From Anthoceros angustus (taxonomy: Eukaryota > Plantae > Anthocerotophyta): DNA of 64,000 nucleotides. The notes under the pieces were generated by a model. It was not told the origin of the DNA. It did not search any database and saw only the letters and a program-made list of their open reading frames with translations. Each line of letters begins with the position of its first letter. Position 1 is the stretch's first letter. A program made the translations under genes and the position numbers. The DNA lies in contig MU008185.1 in assembly GCA_010909165.1 (NCBI GenBank), positions 744,001-808,000 on the forward strand, given 5' to 3'. Below are positions 1-12,165 of the stretch, one piece after another.

Positions 1-3000
1 CGGATGACCACTCCGCCGGACTCGCCGGGCAGACCACTCCATCGGACCTCGGGCAGACCTCCATCCGGACCTCGCCCGAACAGACCACTCGTCGGACCTC
101 GCCGGACGGACCACTCCGTCGGACCTCGCCGGACGGACCACTCCGTCGGACCTCCGAGACGGACCCTCCGTCGGACCTCGGACGGACCACTCGTCGGACC
201 GCCGACGGACCACTCCGTCGGACCTCGCCGGACGGACCACTCCGTCCTCCAGCGGACAGGGTCTAGGGATTGCCTTGTAAGTGCAATCGGCCGAAAATGG
301 CCTTATTGACTAACTCCTCCCTATCCCTCTTAAGACCAGAAAAGCAAAATAAGCCGCCAAAATGCGGACGCCGGTTGGCACTCCACCTACTCCCCTTCTC
401 ATCTGTTGGCGGCCTCGCCAACACCCAGCAATACTCCGCTCTTTCGTGGACTCTCCCTTCTCCTTTTTACTACCTCCTCGGTGTCGTGAGTCCCGCACAT
501 TGGGAACCTTTTTGCAAGATTCATCCTCCGTTGAGGATGAGTCGCCCCTCCTCCTCCGAGGTTGATGTGCCGTCCTCCCAGCGCCGTGCCCATCTTCTTT
601 CTCCCTTTGAGCATCTTTGGGCCTCCCGCTAGATTCGCACCCTCGGCGTCCGGTCTGTGCATCCTCCCTGCCCACTCCACAAAGCCGACCATTACACCCA
701 TCCACAACCGCAATCGGCGTGATCCTACTCCTACCTACTAACTCAGGCGGTCCACAAGCAATACCATTCCCGGCAGCGCCAAAATGTGGCGCGACTTTTC
801 TTGCCTGACGTAGCGCGCACAATCCGTGTCGTTGTAGGAAGGAGTCCGTTCCCAAGGGAATGGTCTCGTGCTTATGCACTGAGCTCTGACCTCTCGCTGA
901 GCGGACTTCATCGAGTTGGGTCGGCGGCTCCACAACCTAAGTGTGTGCCCCTCCACAACTCGTCGATGGTAGCCGGACCTTCCCACAAACCCGCGGTTGT
1001 CTCGGTACTAAGAGCAGGTTTAACGCGTTCGCCGTCGATCTACGTACTCTAGCGCCCGGCGCTCCTCAACTCGTCCGCCACAACTCCACCTCAACACACA
1101 CGCCGTAACCCTTCTCCCTTATCCATTCCCGGCTCGTAGTCACAACACCAACACGATGTATTCACACCGGGCCGCCTTTGCCTCCGGTGCTTCACGTTGC
1201 GGAGTAACCTTGGCGACTGCATCCCCGACCTCCGTTCCAATGACCTCAAGGATGGCTTCCGCCCGGTGTGCCGCCCCTAATCCCCTCCGGGCTTCCGTCC
1301 TGCGGAGAAGTGGCTTCGCACTGCATCCCCGACCTCCGTTCAGCCTCCAAGGTTAGTCTCGCGAGAAATCACCCATGAGCACCTCCGAGCTCGGTCCGAC
1401 CCGGTCTGCACCCATCAAGCGTGTTGGCGGGCTCGTCACCGAGCTCTAAACACATCCCTCTACCACCAATTAATCACCTGCGGTGGCGAGAACTCACTCC
1501 GCTCCCGAGCACGGAAGGCAAACACGGAGGCGCGAAGATGGTACCGGGATAGTCTGCCGTCTTGGGCGCCGCCTTCCTATACTCCCATACCCTAACCTAA
1601 CCGCCTATGTATGTATCCTAACTGCTATGTATGTACCCTAACCACAGGTCGTGGTAACCACGGACGTAGCTCATCAACTGCGGACTTCTTGCACGGTACT
1701 TCCAAGTAGATCCATGCGATGCCCACCAAACTAAACCACCGGCGAACCACTCGGTCGGACTTCGCCGGGCAGACCACTCGCCGGACCTCGCCGAGCAGAC
1801 CACTCCACCGGACCTCGCCTCGACGGACCACCTGCCGGACCTCGCCGGACGGACCACCCGCCGGACCTCGGACGGACCACTCCGCGGACCTCGCCCGGAT
1901 GACCACTCCGGACCTCGCCGGACCACTCACGGACCGCCTCGACGGACCACTCCGGACCTCGCCCGACGACCACCTCGGACCTCCCGGACGACCACCCGCC
2001 GACCGCCGGACGGACCACTCTCGGACCTCGCCGGACGACCACCTCCGGACCTCGACGGACCACTCGCCCGACGGACCACTCCGCCGGACCGCCGGACGAC
2101 CACTCCGCCGGACCTCGCCGGACGGACCACTCCGTCGGACCTCGCCGGACGGACCACCCGCCGACCGCCGACGGACCACTCCTCCAACGGACGAGGGTCT
2201 AGGGATTGCACCGGCAATCACCGAAATGGCCTTATTGGCTAACTCCTCCTATCCCTCTTAACAAGAACGACCAAAAAGCAAAACAAGCCGCCAAGAGTAC
2301 GGACATCGGATTTGGCACTCCACATACTCCTTCTCATCATTGGCGGCCTCGCCAACACCCTGTGCAATACTCCGCTCTTTCCGTGGACTCTCCCTTCTCG
2401 GCTTTTACTACCTCCCTCAAGTCCCAAGCAACATTGGGAACCTTTTTACCAAGATTCATCCTCCGCTGAGGATGAGTCGCCCTCCTCCGAGGTTGATGTC
2501 GTCCTCCAGCGCCGTGCCCATCTTCTTTCTCCCTTTGAGCATGCTGGGCCTCCCGCTAGATTCGCACCCTCTCGTCCTGCATCCTCCCTACTTGTATACT
2601 CCACAAACCGCCGACCATTACACCCATCCACAACCGCAACTAGCCGGCCCCTACTCCTACCTACTAACTCAGCAAAGTCCCACAACAATACCATTCCCGG
2701 CAACGGCGCCAAAATGTGGCGCGACTTTTGCCGACGGCCACCGCGCACAATCCGTGTCGTTGTAGGAAGGAGTCCGCTCCCAAGGGAATGGTCTCGCTTA
2801 TTCCGCCTCGAGTTCTCATGTACCGAACGGACTTCATCGTTGGGTCCGGCGGCTCCACAACCTAAGTGTGTGCCCCTCCACAACTCGTCGGACCGCCGAC
2901 GGACCACCGGACCTTCCCACAAACCCCGCCGGATTTCTCCACCGGAACAGTTTAACGACGCTGCCTTCGCTGGGCCCACGATTTAGCGCCTCAGCCTCCT

Positions 3001-4395
3001 CAACTCGTCCGCCACAACTCCACCTCAACACACACGCCTGAATACCCACCCTTCTCCCTTATCCATTCCGGCTAGTAGTCACAACACCAACACGCTGATG
3101 TATTCACACCAGCCGCCCTCCGCCGCTTCATGCTCATGGAGAAGTGGCTTCGCACCGCATCCCCACACCTCCGCTCCAGCCTCCAAGGATGGCTTCCCAG
3201 ACAGTCACCCCAAGCGCCTAATCCTCCTCCGCCCACGCCCCTGCATGGAGAAGTGGCTTCGCACTGCATCCCCACGCCTGCTCCAAGCCTCAAGGTTAGT
3301 CTCGCACCCGAGAAATCACCCGCGAGCACCTCCGAGCTCAGTCCGACCGGCCGCACTCATCAAGCGTGTTGGCGGAGCTCGCCACCGAGCTCTAAACACA
3401 TCCTCTACCACCAATTAATCCGCACGGTGACGCAGAACTCACCCGCCTCCTCGAGCCCAAGGCAAGAGCACACGAGCGCCAAGATGGTACCGGATAGTCC
3501 GCCTTGGACGCCAGCCTTCCTATATACTCCCATACCCTAACCTAACCCGCCTATGTATGTATCCTAACCGCTATGTACCCTAACCTGGTCGTGGTAATCA
3601 CGGACGTAGCTCATCACGCTACCGGACTTCTTGCACCACCGCCCCGCCAAACAAGAGATCCATGCCAGCGATGCCCACCAAACTAAACCACCCGCCTGCA
3701 TTCACTGCCGGACCTCGCCCGGACGGACCACTCGCCGGACCTCTCAGACGGACCACTCATCCGGACCTCGCCCGGACGGACCACTCGCCGGACCTCGCCC
3801 GGACGGACCACTCCGGACCTCGCCCGGACGGACCACTCCGTCGGACCTCGCCGGACGGACCACTCCGGACCTCGCCCGGACGGACCACTCGGACCTCGCC
3901 CGACGGACCACTCCGCCGGACCTCGGACGGACCACTCGCCGGACCTCGCCCGGACGGACCACTCGCCGGACCTCGGACGGACCACTCGGACCTCGCCCGG
4001 ACCACTCCGTCGGACCTCGCCGACGGACCACTCCGTCGGACCTCGCCCGGATGACCACTCCGGACCTCGCCGGACGGACCACTCCGTCCTCCAGCGGACC
4101 AGGGTCTAGGGATTGCCTTGTAAGTGCAATCGGCCAATGGCCTTATTGACTAACTCCTCCTATCCCTCTTAACAAGAACGACCAAAAAGCAAAATAAGCC
4201 GCCAAGAGTACGGACATCGGATTTGGCACTCCACATACTCCCCTTCTCATCTATTGGCGGCCTCGCCAACACCCTGTGCAATACTCCGCTCTTTCGTGGA
4301 CTCTCCCTTCTCAGCTTTTACTACCTCCTCAGGTGTCGGCAAGTCCGGCAACATTGGGAACCTTTTTACCAAGATTCATCCTCCGCTGAGGATGA
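1..4395 (-). mobile_element. Tandem array of a non-autonomous LTR retroelement (left block: partial LTR 1-387, interior 388-784, LTR 785-2324, interior 2325-2714, LTR 2715-4235, truncated interior 4236-~4395)
   Basis: ~1.93 kb periodicity. Long repeats begin TGTGG (785, 2715) and end CCACA (2324, 4235) on +. Pyrimidine tract TACTCC(CC)TTCTC follows each repeat end (PPT on minus). ATTCCCGGCAACGGCGCCA (2693-2711) lies 3 nt before the repeat start (PBS on minus). Confidence 0.85.
2693..2711 (-). promoter_or_regulatory. Primer-binding site complementary to the tRNA-Asp 3' end (Athila-type PBS)
   Basis: Minus strand reads TGGCGCCGTTGCCGGGAAT 3 nt after the LTR-terminal CA. The plant tRNA-Asp(GUC) 3' end is ...CCCGGCAACGGCG-CCA (recalled). 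Shorter variant copies at ~766-781, 8708-8723 and 10621-10636. Confidence 0.8.
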
Positions 4396-5349
4396 AGAAA
4401 GCTGTTGAGGCATATATCAACAAGTACCGAACTCATAGAGCCAATCTGGCGTGTTGTGGTACAGTGCTCACTAAGGTGCAAGCTGCAGTCAGTCTGTTGG
4501 CTTCTCTCCCAGAGAGCTATCAACACTTTGTTGGAAGTCAGACCGCCACAATACATGCAGCAGTTAAGGCTGCTAGCGGCAGTGCAATACCTCATTTGTC
4601 TCTTGAAGAAGTTATTGGTGCACTTCTGGCTGAGGAACGTGCATACCATTTTCACAAGATACGAGGAACTTCATTAAGCAACTTAAGAGTCCCTTTTGCC
4701 TCAAGAGGCCGAGGTGGATACCGTGGTAGAGGTAGAGGACGTGGATTCCCTACCTCTAGAGTCCAACGACCCAACTCACGGAAGAAGTCTTTTGCATCCA
4801 ACTAGTGCAAGATTCACAGTCATTCAAAAATTGAAAGAAGAAGGCGGAGAACCTCGGGAAACTCCCATTGAAAGCAACATGTTTATCATAAAAGCTAAGT
4901 AGCCCACCATTTTAGCGGTTGCCTTTCCTCGACTCAAGTTTCATATGATATACGGTTTTGGATTACGGGGCAACTAGACAAATTTGTTTTCATAAGACTT
5001 TCATTCATTTCATTCCGACAAATGCTTTGTGTTTTGGGTGATGATCATGGCTTTCTATTAAGGGATCCTGGATATGTCACAGCTCAAATGGGGTTAGGTT
5101 AACTCACTTTATCGGTGTCATGTTTGTCCCATGACCAAGAATCTCATAGGTCATGAGCATTGTTATGTGTTTGACACACAAGGGTGTATCATTTCATCCT
5201 GTGAAATGCGTCTTGGTTTGAATCTTTTCTTGGCACACCCTTTAACGAGTGGTATCTCTTAGATGTCGGTCACACCACAGTAGAACATCGCACATCCCGC
5301 AGTCCACTTTGCTTTTATCGCCGACCATGTTAACTTCCAGAAACTGTCT
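4395..5349 (+). mobile_element. Ty1/copia gag-protease-GAG-pre-integrase fragment (decayed), copy 1
   Basis: ORF 4254..4805 contains the UBN2-like segment LLASLPESYQHFV...LEEVIGALLAEE and an RGRG tail. Degenerate protease motif VLDYGAT at ~4955. Ends DHVNFQKL at the insertion site. Confidence 0.85.
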
Positions 5350-5995
5350 TGTGGCGCGACTTTTGCTGACGGCCAGCCGGGCGCGCACAATCCCGTGTCG
5401 TTGTAGGAAGGAGTCCGTTCCCAAGGGAATGGTCTCGTGCTTATTCTCGCTCGAGCTCTACTGCCCTCGAACGGACTTCATCGTTGGGTCCGGCTCCACA
5501 ACCTAAGTGTGTGCCCCTCCACAACTCGTCGGACGGCGCCGACCGGACCTTCCCACAAACCCCGCCCGGTTGTCTCCCGTAGAGCTATCAACACTTTGTT
5601 GGAAGTCGACCGCCACAACTCGTCGGACCTCGCCGGACGGACCTCGCCGGACCTCGCAAGGCAGACCTCGCCGGACCACTCGTCCGCCACAACTCCACCT
5701 CAACACACACGCCGTAACACGACCCTTCTCCCTTATCCATTCCCACTAGTAGTCACAACACCAACACGCGATGTATTCACGGGCCTTTGTCCCCTCGGTG
5801 CTTCACGTTGCGGAGAAGTGGCTTGACTGCATCCCCACGACCTCGTTCCGGTGACCTCAAGGATGGCTTCCATGAGTCGCCCCTAATCCCCTCCGCCGCT
5901 TCACGTTGCGGAGAAGTGGCTTGACTGCATCCCCACCTCCGCTCCAAAGAAATTTCCAAGGCCCACCCGAGAAATCACCCATGAGCACCTCCCGA
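5350..5995 (-). mobile_element. Truncated, chimeric LTR of the non-autonomous element
   Basis: Begins TGTCT|TGTGGCGCGAC at 5345/5350. LTR sequence is interleaved with copia gag patches at ~5575-5620 and ~5995. Confidence 0.75.
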
Positions 5996-6817
5996 GCTAT
6001 CAACACTTTGTTGGAAGTCGACCGCCACAATACATCGTGCGGTTAAAATTTGCTGGCGATGCAATACCTCATTTGTCTCTTGAAGAAGTTATTGGTGCAC
6101 TTGGTGAGGCGTGCATACCATTTTCACAAGATACGAGGAACTTCATTAAGCAACTTAAGAGTCCCTTTTGCCTCAAGAGGCCGGTGGATACCGTGGTAGA
6201 GGTAGAGGACGTGGATTCCCTACCTCTAGAGTCCAACGACCCAACTCACGGAAGAAGTCTTTTGCATCCAACTAGTGCAAGATTCACAGTCATTCAAAAT
6301 TGAAGAAGAAGGCGGAGAACCTCGGGAAACTCCCCATTGAAAGCAACATGTTTATCATAAAAGCTAAGTAGCCCACCATTTTAGCGGTTGCCTTTCCTCG
6401 ACTCAAGTTTCATATGATATACGGTTTTGGATTACGGGGCAACTAGACAAATTTGTTTTCATAAGACTTTCATTCATTTCATTCCGACAAATGCTTTGTG
6501 TTTTGGGTGATGATCATGGCTTTCTATTAAGGGATCCTGGATATGTCACAGCTCAAATGGGGTTAGGTTAACTCACTTTATCGGTGTCATGTTTGTCCCA
6601 TGACCAAGAATCTCATAGGTCATGAGCATTGTTATGTGTTTGACACACAAGGGTGTATCATTTCATCCTGTGAAATGCGTCTTGGTTTGAATCTTTTCTT
6701 GGCACACCCTTTAACGAGTGGTATCTCTTAGATGTCGGTCACACCACAGTAGAACATCGCACATCCCGCAGTCCACTTTGCTTTTATCGCCGACCATGTT
6801 AACTTCAGAAACTGTCT
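5995..6817 (+). mobile_element. Ty1/copia gag-protease fragment, near-identical duplicate (copy 2)
   Basis: Near-identical to ~4510-5349, including the same junction to the LTR. Confidence 0.85.
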
Positions 6818-7583
6818 TGTGGCGCGACTTTTTCACAGCCGGTGAAGGCGCGCGCAATCCGTGTCGTTGTAGGAAGGAGTCCGTTCCCAAGGAATGGTCT
6901 CGTGCTTATTGCCAAGCTCGACCTCTACGACTTCATCGTTGGGTCCGGCTCCACAACCTAAGTGTGTGCCCCTCCACAACTCGTCGGACCTCGCCGGACC
7001 TTCCCACAAACCCCGGTTGTCTCCCGTACTACGAGCAGGTTTGAGCGTTCCGTCGGTCACGTACTCTAAGCGGCGCTCCTCAACTCTGTCAAGCCACAAC
7101 TCCACCTCAACACACACGCCGTAACACGACCCTTCTCCCTTATCCATTCGGCTCGTAGTCACAACACCAACACGCGATGTATTCACGGGCCGCCTTTGTC
7201 CCCTCAGGCTTCACGTTGCGGAGAAGTGGCTTGACTGCATCCCCACCTCCGTTCAGCCTCCAAGGATGGCTTCCGAGCAGCGCCCCTAATCCCCTCAGTG
7301 CTTCCGTCCTGCGGAGTAACCCAGCACTGCATCCCCACAGCCTCCGTTCAGCCTCAAGGTTAGTCTACAGAAATCACCCATGAGCACCTCCCGAGCTCGG
7401 TCGGCGATGCACCCATCAAGCGTGTTGGCGGAGCTCGTCACCGAGCTCTAAACACATCCCTCTACCACCAATTAATCCTGCACGGTGACGCAGGAACTCA
7501 CTCCGCTCCTCGAGCACGGAAGGCAAGAGCACACGGAGCGAAGATGGTACCGGGATAGTGCCGTCTTGGGCGCCGAGCCTTCC

Positions 7584-7589
7584 TATATA
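7584..7589 (-). promoter_or_regulatory. Putative LTR TATA box (GAGTATATAGG on minus), also at 9513-9518 and ~3522
   Basis: Same position in each LTR, downstream of the minisatellite in element orientation, consistent with a U3/R boundary. Confidence 0.5.
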
Positions 7590-9684
7590 CTCCCATACCC
7601 TAACCGCATGTATCCTAACTGCTATGTATGTACCCTAACCACAGGTCGTGTAGTGGCATGGCGTAGCTCATCAACTGCGGACTTCTTGCATTGCTTCCCA
7701 AAGCAGTAGATCCATGCGGCGTGCCCACCAAACTAAACCACCGGCGAGACCACTCGGTCGGACTTGGCAGACGGACCACTCGCCGGACCTCTCAAGGCGG
7801 ACCACTCCGACCTCGACGGACCTCACGCCGGGCAGACCCTCCGCCGGACCAGCAGACCACTCCGCCAGACCTCGCCCGAGACCACTCGGCCAGACCTCGC
7901 CGGACCACTCCGGACCTCGCCGGGCAGACCCTCCGGACCTCGCCGGGCAGACCCTCCGTGAGACCTCGCCGGGCAGACCCTCCATCAGACCTCGCGGGCA
8001 GACCCTCCATCAGACCTCGCCGGGCAGACCACTCGTCGACCTCGCCGGGCAGACCCTCCATCAGACCTCGCGGGCAGACCCTCCATCGGACCTCGCCGGG
8101 CAGACCCTCCGTCAGACCTCGCCGGGCAGACCACTCCGTCGGACCTCGCGGGCAGACCACTCCGTCGGACCTCGCCGGGCAGACCCTCCGTCCTCCAGCG
8201 GAGTCTAGGGATTGCCTTGTAAGTGCAATCGGCCAATGGCCTTATTGACTAACTCCTCCCTATCCCTCTTAGCATGTGCGGCCGAAAAAAAGCAAAATAA
8301 GCCGCCAAAATCGGACATGGTTTGGCACTCCACATACTCCCTTCTCATCATTGGCGGCCTCGCCAACACCCGATACTCCGCTCTTTCCGTGGACTCTCCC
8401 TTCTCACAACTACCTCCTCGGTGTCGGCAAGTCCGGCAACATTGGGAACCTTTTTGCAAGATTCATCCTCCGTTGAGGATGAGTCGCCCTCCTCCTCCGA
8501 GGTTGATGTGCCGTCCTCCCAGCGCCGTGCCCATCTTCTTTCTCCCTTTGAGCATCTTTGGGCCTCCCGCTAGATTCGCACCCTCGGTCCGTCTGTGCAT
8601 CCTCCCTACTTGTATACTCCACAAACCGCCGACCATTACACCCATCTGGCCATGATTTGGCGGCCGTCCTACTCCTACCTACTAACTCGGCGGTCCACAA
8701 CAATACCATTCCCGGCAGCGCCAAAATGTGGCGCGACTTTTCTGACCCGGCGGCGCGCACAATCCGTGTCGTTGTAGGAAGGAGTCCGTTCCCAAGGGAA
8801 TGGTCTCGTGCTTATGCACTGAGCTCTCTGACCTCGCTGAGCGGACTTCATCGGGTTGGGTCGGCGGCTCCACAACCCTAAGTGTGTGCCCCTCCACAAC
8901 TCGTCGGACGGGCGCGCGACCGGACCTTCCCACAAACCCGGTTGTCTCGGTACTAAGAGTTTAACGCGTTCCTTGATGATCTCGTACTCTGGCAGGCGCT
9001 CCTCAACTCTGTCAACCACAACTCCACCTCAACACACACAGTAACACGACCCTTCTCCCTTATCCATTCCCGGCTCGTAGTCACAACACCAACACGCCGA
9101 TGTATTCACACCGGGCCGCCTTTGTCCCCTCCGGGCTTCCGTTGCGGAGAAGTGGCTTCGCACTGCATCCGACCTCCGTTCAGCCTCCAAGGATGGCTTC
9201 CCTGAGTCGCCCCAAGCGCCCCTAATCCCCTCCGGTGCTTCACGTTGCGGAGAAGTGGCTTCGCACTGCATCCCCACGACCTCCGTTCAGCCTCAAGGTT
9301 AGTCTACAGAAATCACCCGAGCACCTCCGAGCTCGGTCCGATGCGCACCCATCAAGCGTGTTGGCGGGCTCGTCACGAGCTCTAAACATCCCTCTACCAC
9401 CAATTAATCACCTGCGGTGGCGAGAACTCACTCCGCTCCTCGAGCACGGAAGGCAAGAGCACACGGAGCGAAGATGGTACCGGGATAGTCTGCCGTCTTG
9501 GGCGGGCCTTCCTATATACTCCCATACCCTAACCTAACCCGCCTATGTATGTATCCTAACTCGCTATGTATGTACCCTAACCACAGGTCGTGGTAACCAC
9601 GGACGTAGCTCATCACTGCCGGACTTCTTGCATTGCTTCCCCAAGCAGTAGATCCATGCGGCGTGCCCAAACTAAACCACCGGC

Positions 9685-10095
9685 GAGACCACTCGTCGGA
9701 CCTCGCGGGCAGACCTCGCCGGACCTCTCAGGCAGACCCTCCATCGGACCTCGCCGGCAGACCACTCCGTCGGACCTCGCGGGCAGACCACTCCGCCGGA
9801 CCTCGCCCGGATGACCACTCCGTCAGACCTCGCCCGGATGACCACTCCGCCGGACCTCGCCGGCAGACCACTCCATCGGACCTCGCGGGCAGACCCTCCA
9901 TCGGACCTCGCCGGACGGACCACTCGTCGGACCTCGCCGGACGGACCACTCCGTCGGACCTCGCCGGACGGACCACTCCGTCGGACCTCGCCGGACGGAC
10001 CACTCCGTCGGACCTCGCAAGGACGGACCACTCCGTCGGACCTCGCCCGGACGGACCACTCCGTCGGACCTCGCCCGGACGGACCACTCCGTCCT
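9685..10095. repeat. 27-28 bp GC-rich minisatellite inside the LTR (consensus GACGGACCACTCCGTCGGACCTCGCCG); equivalent blocks at ~1-245, 1740-2185, 3705-4090, 7745-8192, 11610-12010
   Basis: Tandem units directly visible, near-perfect at 9905-10095. Confidence 0.95.
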
Positions 10096-12165
10096 CCAAC
10101 GGACCGAGGGTCTAGGGATTGCACTGTAAGTGCAATCTGGCCGAAAATGGCCTTATTGGCTAACTCCTCCCTATCCCTCTTAACAGTAACGACCCGAAAA
10201 AAAAGCAAAACAAGCCGCCAAAATGCGGACGCCATTTGGCACTCCACATACTCCCTTCTCATCTGTTGGCGGCCTCGCCAACACCCAGCAATACTCCGCT
10301 CTTTCGTGGACTCTCCCTTCTCCTTTTACTACCTCCTCGGTGTCGGCAAGTCCGCAACATTGGGAACCTTTTTGCAAGATTCATCCTCCGTTGAGGATGA
10401 GTCGCCCTCCTCCTCCGAGGTTGATGTGCCGTCCTCCCCAGCGCCGTGCCCATCTTCTTTCTCCCTTTGAGCATCTTGGGCCTCCCGCTAGATTCGCACC
10501 CTCGGCGTCCGGTCTGTGCATCCTCCTGCCCACTCCACAAACCGCCCGACCATTACACCCATCCACAACCGCAATCGGCGTGATCCTACTCCTACCTACT
10601 AACTCGGGCGGAGCAATACCATTCCCGGCAGCGCCAAAATGTGGCGCGACTTTTCTTGCCTGACGTAGCGCGCACAATCCGTGTCGTTGTAGGAAGGAGT
10701 CCGTTCCCAAGGGAATGGTCTCGTGCTTATGCACTGAGCTCTGACCTCTCGCTGAGCGGACTTCATCGAGGTTGGGTCGGCGGCTCCACAACCTAAGTGT
10801 GTGCCCTCCACAACTCGTCGGACCGCCCGACGGACCACTCCACAAACCCCGCCGGTTGTCTCGGTACTAAGAGCAGGTTTAACGCGTTCGCCGTCGATCT
10901 CGTACTCTAGCGCCCGGCGCTCCTCAACTCGTCCGCCACAACTCCACCTCAACACACACGCCGTAACCCTTCTCCCTTATCCATTCCCGGCTCGTAGTCA
11001 CAACACCAACACGATGTATTCACACCGGGCCGCCTTTGCCTCCGGTGCTTCACGTTGCGGAGTAACCTTGGCGACTGCATCCCCGACCTCCGTTCCAATG
11101 ACCTCAAGGATGGCTTCCGCCCGGTGTGCCGCCCCTAATCCCCTCCGGGCTTCCGTCCTGCGGAGAAGTGGCTTCGCACTGCATCCCCGACCTCCGTTCA
11201 GCCTCCAAGGTTAGTCTCGCGAGAAATCACCCATGAGCACCTCCCGAGCTCAGTCCGACCCGGTCTGCACCCATCAAGCGTGTTGGCGGGCTCGTCACCG
11301 AGCTCTAAACACATCCCTCTACCACCAATTAATCACCTGCGGTGGCGAGAACTCACTCCGCTCCTCGAGCACGGAAGGCAAACACGGAGGCGCGAAGATG
11401 GTACCGGGATAGTCTGCCGTCTTGGGCGCCGCCTTCCTATACTCCCATACCCTAACCTAACCCGCCTATGTATGTATCCTAACTGCTATGTATGTACCCT
11501 AACCACAGGTCGTGGTAACCACGGACGTAGCTCATCAACTGCGGACTTCTTGCACGGTACTTCCAAGTAGATCCATGCCAGCGATGCCCACCAAACTAAA
11601 CCACCGGCGAACCACTCGGTCGGACTTCGCCGGGCAGACCACTCGCCGGACCTCGCCGAGCAGACCACTCCACCGGACCTCGCCCGGGCAGACCACTCCG
11701 TCGGACCTCGCAAGGCAGACCACTCCATCGGACCTCGCCCGGATGACCACTCCGTCGGACCTCGCCGGACCTCGCCGGACCTCGGACGGACCACTCCGTC
11801 AGACCTCGCCGGACGGACCACTCCGTCGGACCTCGCCCGGGCAGACCACTCCGTCGGACCGCCCGGACGGACCACTCCGTCGGACCTGCCGGACGGACCA
11901 CTCCGTCGGACCTCGCCGGAGCCGGACCACTCCGTCGGACCTCGCCGGACGGACCACTCCACCGGACCTCGCCGGACGGACCACTCGTCGGACCTCGACG
12001 GACCACTCCGTCCTCCAACGGACCGAGGGTCTAGGGATTGCCTGTAAGTGCAATCGGCCAATGGCCTTATTGACTAACTCCTCCCTATCCCTCTTAACAG
12101 TAACGACCCGAAAAAAAAGCAAAATAAGCCGCCAAGAGTACGGACATCGGATTTGGCACTCCACA

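Larger units (their letters stand above)
6818..12165 (-). mobile_element. Three-LTR tandem copy of the same non-autonomous LTR element (LTR 6818-8334, interior 8335-8726, LTR 8727-10248, interior 10249-10639, LTR 10640-12165) flanked by a TGTCT TSD
   Basis: TGTCT at 6813-6817 precedes TGTGG, and CCACA at 12161-12165 is followed by TGTCT at 12166-12170. PBS- and PPT-like motifs occur at each interior boundary. No gag or pol coding is visible. Confidence 0.9.

Noticed and set aside
1588-1645. Telomere array (CCCTAACCTAACC)
   Set aside because: Only 2-3 degenerate units at a fixed position inside each LTR.
2693-2711. tRNA-Asp gene
   Set aside because: Only the 3'-terminal ~19 nt including CCA match, which is a primer-binding site rather than a gene.
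9685-10095. CRISPR-like appearance of the 27-28 bp repeats
   Set aside because: Units are directly adjacent with no unique spacers, there are no cas genes, and the context is eukaryotic.
1-12165. rDNA intergenic spacer or 5S/Cassandra array
   Set aside because: No recognisable rRNA sequence; LTR termini, PBS, PPT and TSD explain the unit.
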